DNA of 64,000 bases from NCBI GenBank assembly GCA_965237955.1, contig OZ250169.1:960001-1024000 (forward strand), in the 5' to 3' direction. Below are positions 53,626 to 64,000 of the stretch, in pieces (the first letter of the stretch is position 1; each line of letters begins with the position of its first letter). Position numbers and translations under genes: made by a program. Under the pieces are notes generated by a model, which searched no databases, was not told the origin of the DNA, and saw only the letters and a list, made by a program, of their open reading frames with translations. The DNA comes from Candidatus Marinacidobacterales bacterium. Lineage in GTDB: Bacteria; Acidobacteriota; Vicinamibacteria; Marinacidobacterales; SMYC01.

Positions 53626-55740
53626 TGAAAAATAGCGCAGTCGTCTTTCGTGATATCAGATAGGTGCTTTATTTGTTGGGTTTGGATGGTACGTCGGTAA
53701 CGCTGCACGACGCCACCGAGCATTATTTCTTCCAGAGCGCGTTCCCACGCTTCTCGAAGCAGGCCGTAAACATATTTGGCTTCGTGGTCGTAGCGGTCGC
53801 GATGGGCAGTCCGGAAGAGCTTTTCAGCATCCTGCCACTTCTTGTTAAGAGTCCCGATCCGAGCTTTGACGTTCATCGCGATCCACGGAAGATCCGAAGA
53901 GGACATACCAGCGCCGAGGTGTTCTCTACGCAGGTACTGGTGCTGAGGCTGTGTACCCACCTCGTCGGCGTTCGTGACCAGTGCAACTAGGAAGGTTACG
54001 TCGTGAGTGAAGACAACGACTTGACGTAGCTTCGCTTCAGCAGTGAGACGCCTGGCAACGTTTTCTCGCCAGTTATGGTCAAGTGACGACACGGGATCAT
54101 CGAAGAGGATTGCCGAGCGATCCGAGGAGGTGCTGAGTTCGGCGAAGAACGCGGCGATCGATAGTGTGCGGGCTTCCCCCTCACTTACGACGCGCGGGAG
54201 TTCGACGCCTGTGGCGCGCTTCAGGACGAGTTTGTGATAAAGGGCACCCCTTACCCCTCCGGCCTCCTGAAGGTTCACCTCCAGGTGTGTAAATTTGAAG
54301 TTCGCTAATTCATCCTGAAAGCAGGTGTTTGGTGACAGCAGCTTTGGTAACCTCGCTGCTTTTTAGCGTAATGGCCCTCGTATTGGTGTCTTTTCGACAG
54401 AGTTCATAGGCGGCAAGTTTCATTTGCCTTTCGATCTCATTCAAGACGGTGTCGATGTTGTTGCCAAGCGTCGCTCTGTCCTCAAGCTCTCGTAGGTCTT
54501 TAAGGAGTCGGTCTTTCACGTATGGATCGACGCTCTTGAGGACTTCTGTTGCGCGTTCGCGCAAGCTGTTGGCTGCGGCGCTTACGCTGGTCGGATCTAA
54601 AGTGAGAACGGGAAGGTTGTTTGGAACAGGCCTCCCCTCAGCAAGCGCGGTCAGGGCCTGCGCTCGTCGATCCTCGGTGGCAGACAGGCCATCCTCCATA
54701 GAGGCAGCAAGCTGCCCAGTGTCGATCTGGAGTTCTTCGAGCGTCATGGCGGTTGTGCGACCCCTGACAACGACGCTGTCGATGGACTGATGTAGGTCGC
54801 CGTAGTCTGAGATTGCTCGATCGAGTTTTTGCTGGAGAGTGGAGTTGACAGAGTCCGCGAATTGCTGCAGCCGCTCGGGAGCGCCGTTGCGGAGAGCCTG
54901 TTGGCAGAGCAGACATTTAGCGTCGGTAACGGGGAACTGTTTGTCCGGATAGACCTCCGCAGTAGAAAAATGCCGGGCTGCTTCCCACATGGCGCGCCAC
55001 AGGTCCGACCCACTGCCGGGGAGCAGTCCAGCAGAGAAGGTCTTGGTGTGGAGAGTCTCCACAGCGTTCCGAAAGCTCTCAACCATATCCCGAGCCTCAA
55101 AGACGGAATTGATGGTCACATCCGAGAGAACCGTTGTGAGATTCTCAAGGTCGGAAGTAAGCGTGTCGAGCCGCTGTGCACGGAGGGTCAGAGCCCTCGC
55201 TGTTTTCTTGGGATCACCGGACTCAAGGTCCTTCAATCGGAGCCGGAGCTGACCCTGGCGTTCCTTCTCGGCTTCAGAGAGGTTTGCTAGCATCCTGACG
55301 TCGTCGGGTTTGGTTAAGGACGACAGGTGAGACACAAGCTCGTAGGTGGCTGTTCCCTCCGACAACTTGGGAAGGTCGGTCGGCTTTTCCAGTAATGATC
55401 GTTCCTTCTCGATGGATGTCCTGACGTCCTCGCAAGCTTTGGATAGCTTGTCGAAGATATCCAGGCCAAAAGGCCGGAATGCCACGTCAGTTTTCTCACG
55501 CAAGTAAACCGAGGCGCAATGGCGATCGAAGACGCTGACGTTGCCAAGAGCATGTTGCGCGACATCTCGGTCACTCCACTCCTGGGATTTTTCTTTATCG
55601 CCTACCTTGAACCGGATGGTTGCCGACGGGCGACCTGGGGTCGAGGTGGCCAAGACGTTGCCGAGAATCTCCTCGGCTCCGCGGGCACGGCAAGCACGTT
55701 TCAGGATTCGGGTATAGCCGGATTTCCCCGCAGCGTTGGC

Positions 55741-57453
55741 CCTCTGTGCCAACCTCCTTGAGACACTTTGCCCCTTGAAATTAGTGTAGAGGGCGGAGGA
55801 GGATCATGAATGACTACGTTGATTGAGAGAATGACCCCGGCGGGATCGGAAGGAGCCCGTAGGGCGACTGCAGATCGCGCCGGCCGCGATGCGGCAGGGG
55901 TCCCGGATCCCGAAGTGAGTGAGCAAGCGAAGCGTCGACGCTTTACCGCAGAGTACAAGCTGCGGATAGTGCGCGAGGCCGATGCTTGCAAGGGTGACGG
56001 GGATGTTGCGGCTCTTCTGCGTCGAGAGGGACTGTACTCGTCGCATCTTTCGAGTTGGCGTCGCCAACGTGACAAGATTGCCAAGGCGGGGTTGACATCG
56101 AGGAAGCGAGGACGGAAGGCGAAGGCAGAGGATCCACGGGTCAAGGAGCTCGAGCGCGAGAACGCGCGATTGAAGCATCGCCTGGCTCGGGTGGAGACGA
56201 TGCTAGAGATCCAAAAAAAAACCTCCGAACTTCTGGGGATCCCCCTGAATCCACCAGACAGCGACGAGAACGATTGATGGTGGCGGCCGAGGAGCTGGCG
56301 GGACGAATTGGACAGACGGCGGAAGCCTGCGAGGCCCTTGGAATAGCTCGCTCCACGTTGTATCGCAGGCGCCAGACGGTGACGTCCAATGCGAAACGCC
56401 GCCCTCGGTCGCACCGAGCCCTCGATGTGACCGAACGTGAGCTGGTTCTCGGTGCCTTGCACTCCGAGCGGTTCGTCGACAAGGCGCCCGCTCAGGTGTG
56501 GGCCACGCTCCTGGACGAGGGAATCTACTACTGCTCGATCCGCACGATGTATCGGATTCTGGCGGAGAACGGAGAGGTCCGAGAGCGCCGGAACCAGCTG
56601 CGACATCCGAATTATCAAAAGCCGGAGCTGCTGGCCGAAGCGCCGAACCAGGTTTGGTCGTGGGATATCACCAAGCTGCGTGGCCCCGTCAAGTGGACCT
56701 ACTACTACCTCTACGTGATTCTGGACATCTTCTCCCGTTACGTGACCGGGTGGATGTTGGCTCGACGAGAAAGCGCTGAGCTCGCTCGTCGTCTCATCAG
56801 CGAGAGCTGCCGCAAACAGAACATCGAACCAGACCAGCTCACCATCCACGCCGACCGTGGCAGCTCGATGCGAAGCAAGTCCGTAGCTATGCTCCTGGCT
56901 GACCTCGGCGTTACCAAGACCCACTCCAGACCTTACGTCTCGAACGATAACCCCTACTCCGAGTCCCAGTTCAAGACTCTGAAGTATTGCCCTCAGTTTC
57001 CGAGCCGTTTTGGTTCCATCGAAGACGGCCGGCTGTTCTGCGGCGGCTTCCTCGACTACTACAATCACGAACGCCGGCACTCGGGAATCGGCCTCATGAC
57101 ACCGGCCGCCGTTCACGATGGTCTCGCGGAACAGCTCACCACTGCCCGGCGCCAAATCCTCCTCGAAGCTCATCGGGCTCATCCCGAACGCTTCGTTCGC
57201 GGAATGCCACAGCCCCCCGTTTTGCCTCCTCAGGCCTGGATCAACCCGCCGCCGGAGAAAACGACGCGCCAGGAGGCCGCCGGAGCCACTTTCTCAAGGT
57301 GGTCCACACCTGGGGTACCCCCGGATTCAGGCCAACGCGACCAGATCTCGCCGCACGCAGGCGGTGACCGCCCCGGGCCCACGAGTCTTACTGCATTGAT
57401 TGAGGCTCACTAAATGCAGTCCGCGGGTGTCTCAAAGTTGTTGACACGTTCCG
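55741..57453 (+). mobile_element. IS3-family element (orfA 55810..56277, orfB 56274..57413)
   Basis: 4-bp TSD TGGC inside the ATPase Walker A codons; WSWDITKL, HADRGSSM, SNDNPYSESQFKTLKY. Confidence 0.92.
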
Positions 57454-58007
57454 TGGCGCCATAGACGATCGTTAATCCCGGCCCGAATTCGATGGTCTGT
57501 TCCGATGCGAGAGCGTTAACACCGACGTGGTGGGTGATGGACGACAACGTAACGACATTGAGGGTCGGATCAGGAGTGGGAATATGCCTCTGCTGCAACG
57601 GATCAGAAAGGTGTTTGGCGGAGAGCCCGTAGGTTGCTTTGCAGATCTCGGTAAGCTCGACCACATCGTAATCAGAAAGTGAACCGTGCACCACCAGACG
57701 TCTTAGGGCGTCACGCTGCCAGGTCGGCAGACTCGAAGACCACCTAAGAATCTCATTGAGTACATTCATGCGTGGACACCTCGCCTGTTATTGAATGACG
57801 CCGCATACCATGGTAGAGGATGCATCCCTAGGTCCTTGGAAAAAGAACAGCACACCGCCGCTTCGTCATCAAGATATCAGAACAAGCGGCGAGCATGCCT
57901 GAGCCCGGAGGCCACCCGAAAGGCCCAAAATCGAGGCCGGGGCTAACGCGGCGTAGCTGGCCTAGCACGTTCTGGTCCAGGTGGGTCTGGGTGAACCGCC
58001 CCGGGTT

Positions 58008-59322
58008 TGAACCGCCCCGGGTTTCCCGGAGACTCCAACTCTTGAGAGGATGGAGTCATGACAAGACGAAGCAGGTATTCACCGGAGGTAAAAGAGCGCG
58101 CAGTGCGGATGGTTTTCGACCAGCAGGCTCAGCACGAATCTCAGTGGTCAGCGATCTCATCGATTGCGTCGAAGATTGACTGTACGCGGGAAACGCTACG
58201 CACGTGGGTGCGGCGAGCAGAGCGTGATGCTGGGAAACGAGCGGGACTGACGACGGACGAGCGTCAGCGGCTGAAGGAGCTTGAGCGAGAGAACCGTGAG
58301 CTAAAGCGGGCGAACGAGATCCTTCGCAAGGCGTCGGCGTTTTTCGCCCAGGCGGAGCTCGACCGCCGACCGAGGTGAATGTGTTGTTCGTGGACGCAAA
58401 CCGTGAAAATTACGGGGACGCGCCGATCTGCCGGATGCTTCCGATCGCCCCGTCGACCTATTACGAGCAGAAAGCGCGAGAGAAGGACCCAAGCCGCCTG
58501 CCAGCGAGAGCGAAGCGCGACGTCCAACTCCGCGGCGAGATTCGTCGTGTACGGCAAGAGAACTTTGACGTGTATGGCGTGCGCAAGGTCTGGCGTCAGC
58601 TGTGCCGTGAGGGCCGCGACGTGGCTCGATGCACGGTGGCCCGTCTGATGCGTGAAATGGGTCTCCAGGGCGCGGTCCGTGGACGTCGATTCAAGACGAC
58701 GAAGCCGGATTCGAGCGGCGCTCGCCCGATGGACCTCGTGGAGCGCGACTTCAACGCCACACGCCCGAACGAGCTCTGGGTTTCGGACCTGACCTACATT
58801 GCCACGTGGCGCGGCTTCGTGTATGTCGCCTTCGTCATCGACGTCTTCGCTCGACTCAGCGTCGGTTGGCGAGCGACGACATCGTTGACTGCCGGCATCG
58901 CTCTCGATGCGTTGGAGCAGGCGCTGCACGAGCGCCGACTAAACCCAGAAGATCCATTGGTGCATCACAGCGATCGCGGCGTGCAGTACGTCTCGATCCG
59001 TTACACCGAGCGGCTCGCCGAGGCGGGCATTGAGCCGTCCGTCGGCAGCCGAGGCGACTCTTACGATAACGCTTTGGCTGAATCCATCATCGGCCTCTAC
59101 AAGACCGAGGTGATCCGTCGACGTGGGCCCTGGCGTGGTCTCGAAGACGTTGAGTTCGCCACCCTCGAGTGGGTCCATTGGTACAACACGCAACGACTCT
59201 TGGAGCCGATCGGAAATGTCTCCCCCGTCGAGTACGAGATGAACTGCTATCGGTCGCAGGAAGGCTCGCTAGAGATGGCGAGACTCAACTAAAACAGTCT
59301 CCGGAAAACCCGGGGCGGTTCA
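58008..59322 (+). mobile_element. IS3-family element, sister of 7355..8662 (orfA 58058..58378, orfB 58375..59292)
   Basis: Same IRs; near-identical orfB; no TSD. Confidence 0.93.
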
Positions 59323-60127
59323 GTCACCCTGGGCATGGTGTTTCATCTGTCATCTAGGCAGAGCGAGGGATTGCTGCGGTCGTTGTTCGCTCTGATGAAG
59401 CTAGACAATGATGTGCCCGGTCACACCACGATTTCGAGGCGCAAGGCGAAGCTGGGTAAGGTCCCCTTCTACCAAGACAAGCAGAAGACGCCGTTGCACA
59501 TCTTGATCGACAGCAGCGGTCTCGCTGCCCACGCCGGCCAGCTGCGCAGAGCACCAAAGAGCAGGGACTATCGCAAGCTCCATCTGTGTGTCGACGAGCA
59601 GACTGGCGAAGTCGTCGCCGGCGAGCTGACGAGCAAAAGAGCCCGCGATTCATCGCGGGTTGCATCGCTTGTCGGACAGATCGACAGTCCCATCTCATCG
59701 GCCAGAGCTGACACCGCATACGACGCCGGCGGCGTCTATGAGGCAATCGAGAATCACAGCGCTCATTGCTCGCCGAGGGTGCTGATACCGCCGCGCAAGG
59801 GCGCCCAGCTCGCATCGGGGCCGGCGAGCAGCCGACAGCGCAATCGCAACATTGCAGCACAAGCTCGGCTCGGCAAACGAAAGTGGCACACAGAATCGGG
59901 CTACAGCAAACGGAGCAAAGTCGAGACAACGTTCCATCGCTACAAGGCTATCGTGGGCTCAGCGATGCGAGCGAGAGGGTTGGCGGCACAGAGAGTCGAG
60001 GCAAGGATCGGGTGCAAGATTCTCAACACGATGACGGCGCTCGGGATGCCTGATAGCGAGATGATCGGATGATGGGAGTCGGGGCCAAGCGAGCTCTCGG
60101 CCTCTATCGGAGTTGTGCACCAAGGCA
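59323..60127 (+). mobile_element. IS5-family (IS903-like) element, 5'-truncated
   Basis: LIDSSGL, YRKLHLCVD, ADTAYD, LIPPRK, GYSKRSKVETTFHRYK; right IR gagttgtgcaccaaggc. Confidence 0.85.
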
Positions 60128-60285
60128 GCTGTGCTCCGCAAAAAGTCGATCCGGCGTTGATTGCGCGGTTTAGACCTGCCATGATCGGCTTGTGCCTTTC
60201 TATTTATTCATCCGCGCACCCCGAACTTGATCGGTCTCCGGTCTGTCGGGACCATGCCTGCATGATTTCGTCTTTTGTTCGCGCT

Positions 60286-60369
60286 CAGCCCTTGGCACGT
60301 CCGCAAACACAAGCACTAAGCTACTGATTTATGATCTATTTCAAAAAGGCCGAGTTTTGGCACAGGACG
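60286..60369 (+). repeat. Solo degenerate long-TIR end
   Basis: gcccttggc...gcaaacacaagcactaagctactgatttatgatctatttcaaaaaggccgagttttggcacaggacg. Confidence 0.88.
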
Positions 60370-60759
60370 GGATCGAAGGCGTCATTTCGTTCTTGAAACG
60401 AGTCTTTGGTCTCGACCGATGCACATGGCGCTCATTGCCTTCTTTTAAATCGTACGTATGGGGTTCCATCATCACCTGCAATCTACTGGTGATGGCGAGA
60501 CATCTATTAAGATAATAACTATTACTCTTCCGCTCCCATAGCCTTGGATTCCTGACGATTCGCCTCTCGTTTCGTCCAAGATTTTCATTCGCTCTCAACC
60601 CTACGAAGTTCCCTACCGAAACCGTATAATACCCACATCTTCGGTAGGCCTGTCGCACACCACAAGTTATGGTGTTTCTGGACAGGAACTAGTTAGGACA
60701 GCCCCTTACTTTATGTTCGTCGAAAACCACCGGCACAGAATGCTCTCGAACGGCTTGTC

Positions 60760-63216
60760 ATGACCGATCAGATCGTCATCACAGAGAAATCCAGCCAGGC
60801 GAAGGATGTCCGCGCCGCCGTCGGGTCCCGCTATGGCGCCGTCCTTCCGGCCGAGGGTCACCTGCTCGACCTGTGCGAGCCGGAGGATGTGAACCCGGCC
60901 TGGAAACGCTGGTCCGCGGTACTGCTGAGGCCGGAGGAGCTCTACGGCACCAAACCGGCCTCGGGCGGCAACAAGGCGGCGAAGCTGAAGGCTATCCGCA
61001 TGGCGCTGCGCACCGCCAAACGGGTCTGGCTCGCCACCGATTGCGACCGCGAGGGGCAGCTCATCGGCCAGGAAATTCTGGAGCATTGCGGCTATCGCGG
61101 AGAGGTTCTGCGGGTACTGTTCACCGCGCAGGACGCGCAAACCATCCGCGAGGCGTTCGGCCGCGCCCGGCCCAACAGCGACCATGCTCGCCTCTACGCC
61201 GCAGCTGTCGCGCGCAGGCAAGCCGATCAGATATACAACCTATCGCTGACTCGTACTGCGACCGTCACGCTTGGCCGGGGCGCGCGTGGCGTGATCGGGG
61301 TCGGCCGGGTCAAGACGCCGACCCTGGCGATTGCGTGCAAACGCGAGCTTGAAATCCGAGACTTCGTGCCGGTTCCGTATTACGAGGTGGTGGCCAGCGC
61401 GCATGTCGCGGGCGGCGCATTCCGAATGCGGCACGCGCCGAAGGCGCGCCTTCTCAAGCGCGAGGACGCCGAAGCAGTCGTGAACGCGGCTCGGAACTTC
61501 GAGAGTCGGCTCGGCGTTCGTGTCGAGGACAAGCGGCAACGTCCGCCCAGGCTCCACGATCTGCCTTCGCTGCAGAAGCTTTGCAGTGTCCGGTTCGGCT
61601 GGTCGGCTTCCAAAACCCTGGAGGTCGCGCAAGAACTCTATGACGGCGCGGGCAAAAAGATCCTGACCTATCCACGCGCGGAGGTGCGATACGTGCCGGA
61701 GAGGGCGATCGCGGATGTACCGAAGATTATCGCCGGGCTGCAAGCGGGAAAATCCTACGGTGCCATCCCCGTGCCGTCGCCACCGGTGATCCGCAAGGGA
61801 CGGAACGGCGGCTTCCACGACAAGGGGCTTGAGGGCGCTAGCCATCACGCGGTCATTCTCAACGTCAACACGATTGAAGATCTGGGCGAGATCTGGCCCC
61901 GCCTGTCGGGTGACGAGAAGAAGCTGTTCGACGCCGTCGCGCGGTCGTACCTCGCATCGGTCATGTCCGATTACCGCTACCGGCAGACGACCGTGAGGCT
62001 GGATGTCTGCGGCTTCGAGTTTCGCGCCGTTGGTCGTCAACCCATCGAGCCCGGCTGGTGCGCCGCCTTCCCCGACTGGCGGCCCGCTGAAGAGAAGGGC
62101 GAGGCAGCGCAGGTGCTGCCCGCCCTCCACGACAAGGAGGCCGCGCGGTTGCTCGATCCGGAGATCGAGAAGAGGGAAACCCGTCCGCCGCAGCGCTACA
62201 AGGAAGGAACGCTGATCGAGGCAATGCAAAATGCCTGGCGGTTCGTCAAGGATGAGGTTTTGCGGGACCGCCTCAAGGAGGCCAAGGGGATCGGCACACC
62301 GGCGACCCGGGCAGAGATCATCGCCGGGCTCAGAAAACAGGGATTCTTAACGACACAGGGAAAGAACATCGTACCGACCGACCGGGGGCTGGCACTGTTC
62401 GGGGTTCTCGAACGCGCCGACCCGTCGCTCGTCGATCCGGGCGTGACTGCAGAGCTCGAATGCCTGCTCGACGATGTGGTGACCGGCAGGCAGGAGATGA
62501 TGGGCGCGATCGGCGCGGTGTGCGATGCCGCCCGGCGTATCATCGACAGGCTCGGTGACGACGTCATTGCCGGGAAGGCGTTTGAACTGGGGGAAGCCCT
62601 CGGTGTCGGGAACGGCGGAGAGCGGCCGCCGACGGCGGCAATGAAGCGGTTTGCTGCCTCAATCGCTCGGCGCAAGGGCATCAAGCCACCGGCGGGATAT
62701 ACGAAATCGGGGGCGATCTGCCGGGCGTTCTTGGATCTACATGCGTCAAAGCGAATGGCTCGGGATACAGGTAGGGAACCCACAGGGGCGACGGGGTCCA
62801 GACCGGCTAGTCCGGCACAGGTGTCGTTTGCCGAGGCGATCGCGCGGGAGAAGGGCATCGCTGTTTCCGACGAGACCAGGGTCTGTTCAGCTGAAATGTC
62901 AAAGTGGATTGATGCGAACCGGCAGCCGAAGCCTGCAAAAGGCCGTAAGACGCCCGTATCCAAAACGCGCGGGCCAAAAGCGAAGGGAAAGACAGCACGG
63001 GCGAGAACGCCACGGAAGGAGAAATCGGTAAACGCTGCAGACGGAACGGCGCAATCAGGCCAGTCCCAGACAGATTCGGGGATGGGCACGCCATTGCAGA
63101 TTCCTTACGGCAACAAGGAGGTTGCGCTCCAACTCGGCGCGCGCTACTCGGCGCGCGGCTGGTATGCGCCGCCCGGCGTCGATCTTGTGGCATTCCGCAA
63201 GCGCGGGTGGCTGTGA
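60760..63216 (+). CDS. topB: DNA topoisomerase III, mobile-element type
   Basis: ITEKSSQA, EGHL, ATDCDREG TOPRIM, GRVKTPTL, catalytic TYPR, GIGTPATRA; C-terminal repeats and an IPYGNKE..LGARY tail. Confidence 0.9.
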   Translation: MTDQIVITEKSSQAKDVRAAVGSRYGAVLPAEGHLLDLCEPEDVNPAWKRWSAVLLRPEELYGTKPASGGNKAAKLKAIRMALRTAKRVWLATDCDREGQLIGQEILEHCGYRGEVLRVLFTAQDAQTIREAFGRARPNSDHARLYAAAVARRQADQIYNLSLTRTATVTLGRGARGVIGVGRVKTPTLAIACKRELEIRDFVPVPYYEVVASAHVAGGAFRMRHAPKARLLKREDAEAVVNAARNFESRLGVRVEDKRQRPPRLHDLPSLQKLCSVRFGWSASKTLEVAQELYDGAGKKILTYPRAEVRYVPERAIADVPKIIAGLQAGKSYGAIPVPSPPVIRKGRNGGFHDKGLEGASHHAVILNVNTIEDLGEIWPRLSGDEKKLFDAVARSYLASVMSDYRYRQTTVRLDVCGFEFRAVGRQPIEPGWCAAFPDWRPAEEKGEAAQVLPALHDKEAARLLDPEIEKRETRPPQRYKEGTLIEAMQNAWRFVKDEVLRDRLKEAKGIGTPATRAEIIAGLRKQGFLTTQGKNIVPTDRGLALFGVLERADPSLVDPGVTAELECLLDDVVTGRQEMMGAIGAVCDAARRIIDRLGDDVIAGKAFELGEALGVGNGGERPPTAAMKRFAASIARRKGIKPPAGYTKSGAICRAFLDLHASKRMARDTGREPTGATGSRPASPAQVSFAEAIAREKGIAVSDETRVCSAEMSKWIDANRQPKPAKGRKTPVSKTRGPKAKGKTARARTPRKEKSVNAADGTAQSGQSQTDSGMGTPLQIPYGNKEVALQLGARYSARGWYAPPGVDLVAFRKRGWL

Positions 63217-63385
63217 CGTTGGGGGGTACTTTCGAGTGAACGAACGATTTCGGTCACTCCCCGATGACCTCCGCCCACGCGGGCGGTGCCATTGCTGTCA
63301 ACTTGAACCGAGGTGTCTGTCAGACTAGCCGAATGAAAAGCACCTGGCGCGCCATCGGCTCGGTGCCGCGACCACGATCCCGTCC

Positions 63386-63417
63386 CGTCCTGTGCCAAAA
63401 CTCGGCCCTTTTGAAAT
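63386..63417 (-). repeat. Outer 32 bp of a long-TIR end, interrupted by IS1595
   Basis: cgtcctgtgccaaaactcggcccttttgaaat followed directly by gggaattatatac. Confidence 0.85.
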
Positions 63418-64000
63418 GGGAATTATATACTAGTTTACACTTGACCCCTGCCATAGCTTTGTGTATACTACTCCAGTAAATAGGGAGTAGATAAATGGCA
63501 CATAAAGCACCCGGCAAGCACTACCGCGAAGGGCTCTCTCTCGTAGAACTAACGCGCCTCTTCCCCGATGACGCAGCTGCGGAGCGGTGGTTCGTCGCCC
63601 AGAGATGGCCGGATGGTGTTTCCTGCCCTCTTTGCGGTGGGACCGATCGCGTCAAGGAGCGCAAGAACAGGAAGCCGTCCCCCTACCACTGCGGAGACTG
63701 CCGACAGTACTTCAGCGTCAAGACGGGTTCGCTGATGCACAACTCCCCACTGGGCTGCCAGACCTGGGCCATCGCCATTTACCTTTTGACGACAAACCTC
63801 AAGGGCGTTTCGAGCATGAAGCTGCACCGAGATCTCAAAGTCACACAGAAGACCGCGTGGTTTCTGGCTCACCGGATTCGTGACAACTTCCAAGGGCAAC
63901 ACAGTTCCTTCGCTGGCCCCGTCGAGGTTGACGAGACATTCATCGGTGGCAAGGCCAAGAACATGCACGCGCACAAGCGCGAGCAAGTCATCAAGGGACG
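63418..64000 (+). mobile_element. IS1595-family element; transposase starts at 63495 and runs off the window
   Basis: MAHKAPGKHYREGLSL..LFPDDAAAERWF..RWPDGVSCPLCG...CGDCRQYFSVKTGS...GVSSMKLHRDL..TQKTAWF...VEVDETFIGGK. Confidence 0.9.

Larger units (their letters stand above)
51717..57769 (-). pseudogene. SMC/ABC-type AAA ATPase (RloC-like), split by IS3 and ISL3 and frameshifted near 54320
   Basis: Reassembled from four pieces: Walker A YGANAAGKS, CLLCQQ zinc hook within a coiled coil, VSEGE signature, FDDPVSSLD, FTHD, C-terminal LREAWERALEE...GHD. Confidence 0.82.

Overview
A 64-kb accessory region that is a mosaic of insertion sequences, solo transposon ends and truncated gene fragments of visibly different base composition. 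Apparently intact genes are a benzoate-CoA ligase, a cupredoxin lipoprotein, a type I R-M core (hsdM/hsdS/hsdR), cas7e, a serine recombinase with DUF2924, an LPG-synthase-type membrane protein, an arylsulfotransferase, a PVC-type heme protein and a topoisomerase III. The other defence genes (cse2/cas5e of a type I-E Cascade, an Mrr-like nuclease, a PLD-family protein, an RloC-like ABC ATPase) are broken. No CRISPR array, rRNA or tRNA was seen. The best candidate for an undescribed system is a family of ~1.43-kb integrase-core (rve/DDE) elements. They have ~102-bp terminal inverted repeats ending in ...ACG-3' rather than CA-3'. About 20 such ends punctuate the window, mostly followed by (C/G)G and without target duplications. 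They stack head-to-tail inside sibling ends and often abut truncated genes. The two arms of each full copy share copy-specific substitutions, which suggests templated homogenisation of the ends. All calls are by eye from motifs; no searches were run, and some frameshifts or junctions could be assembly or read errors.
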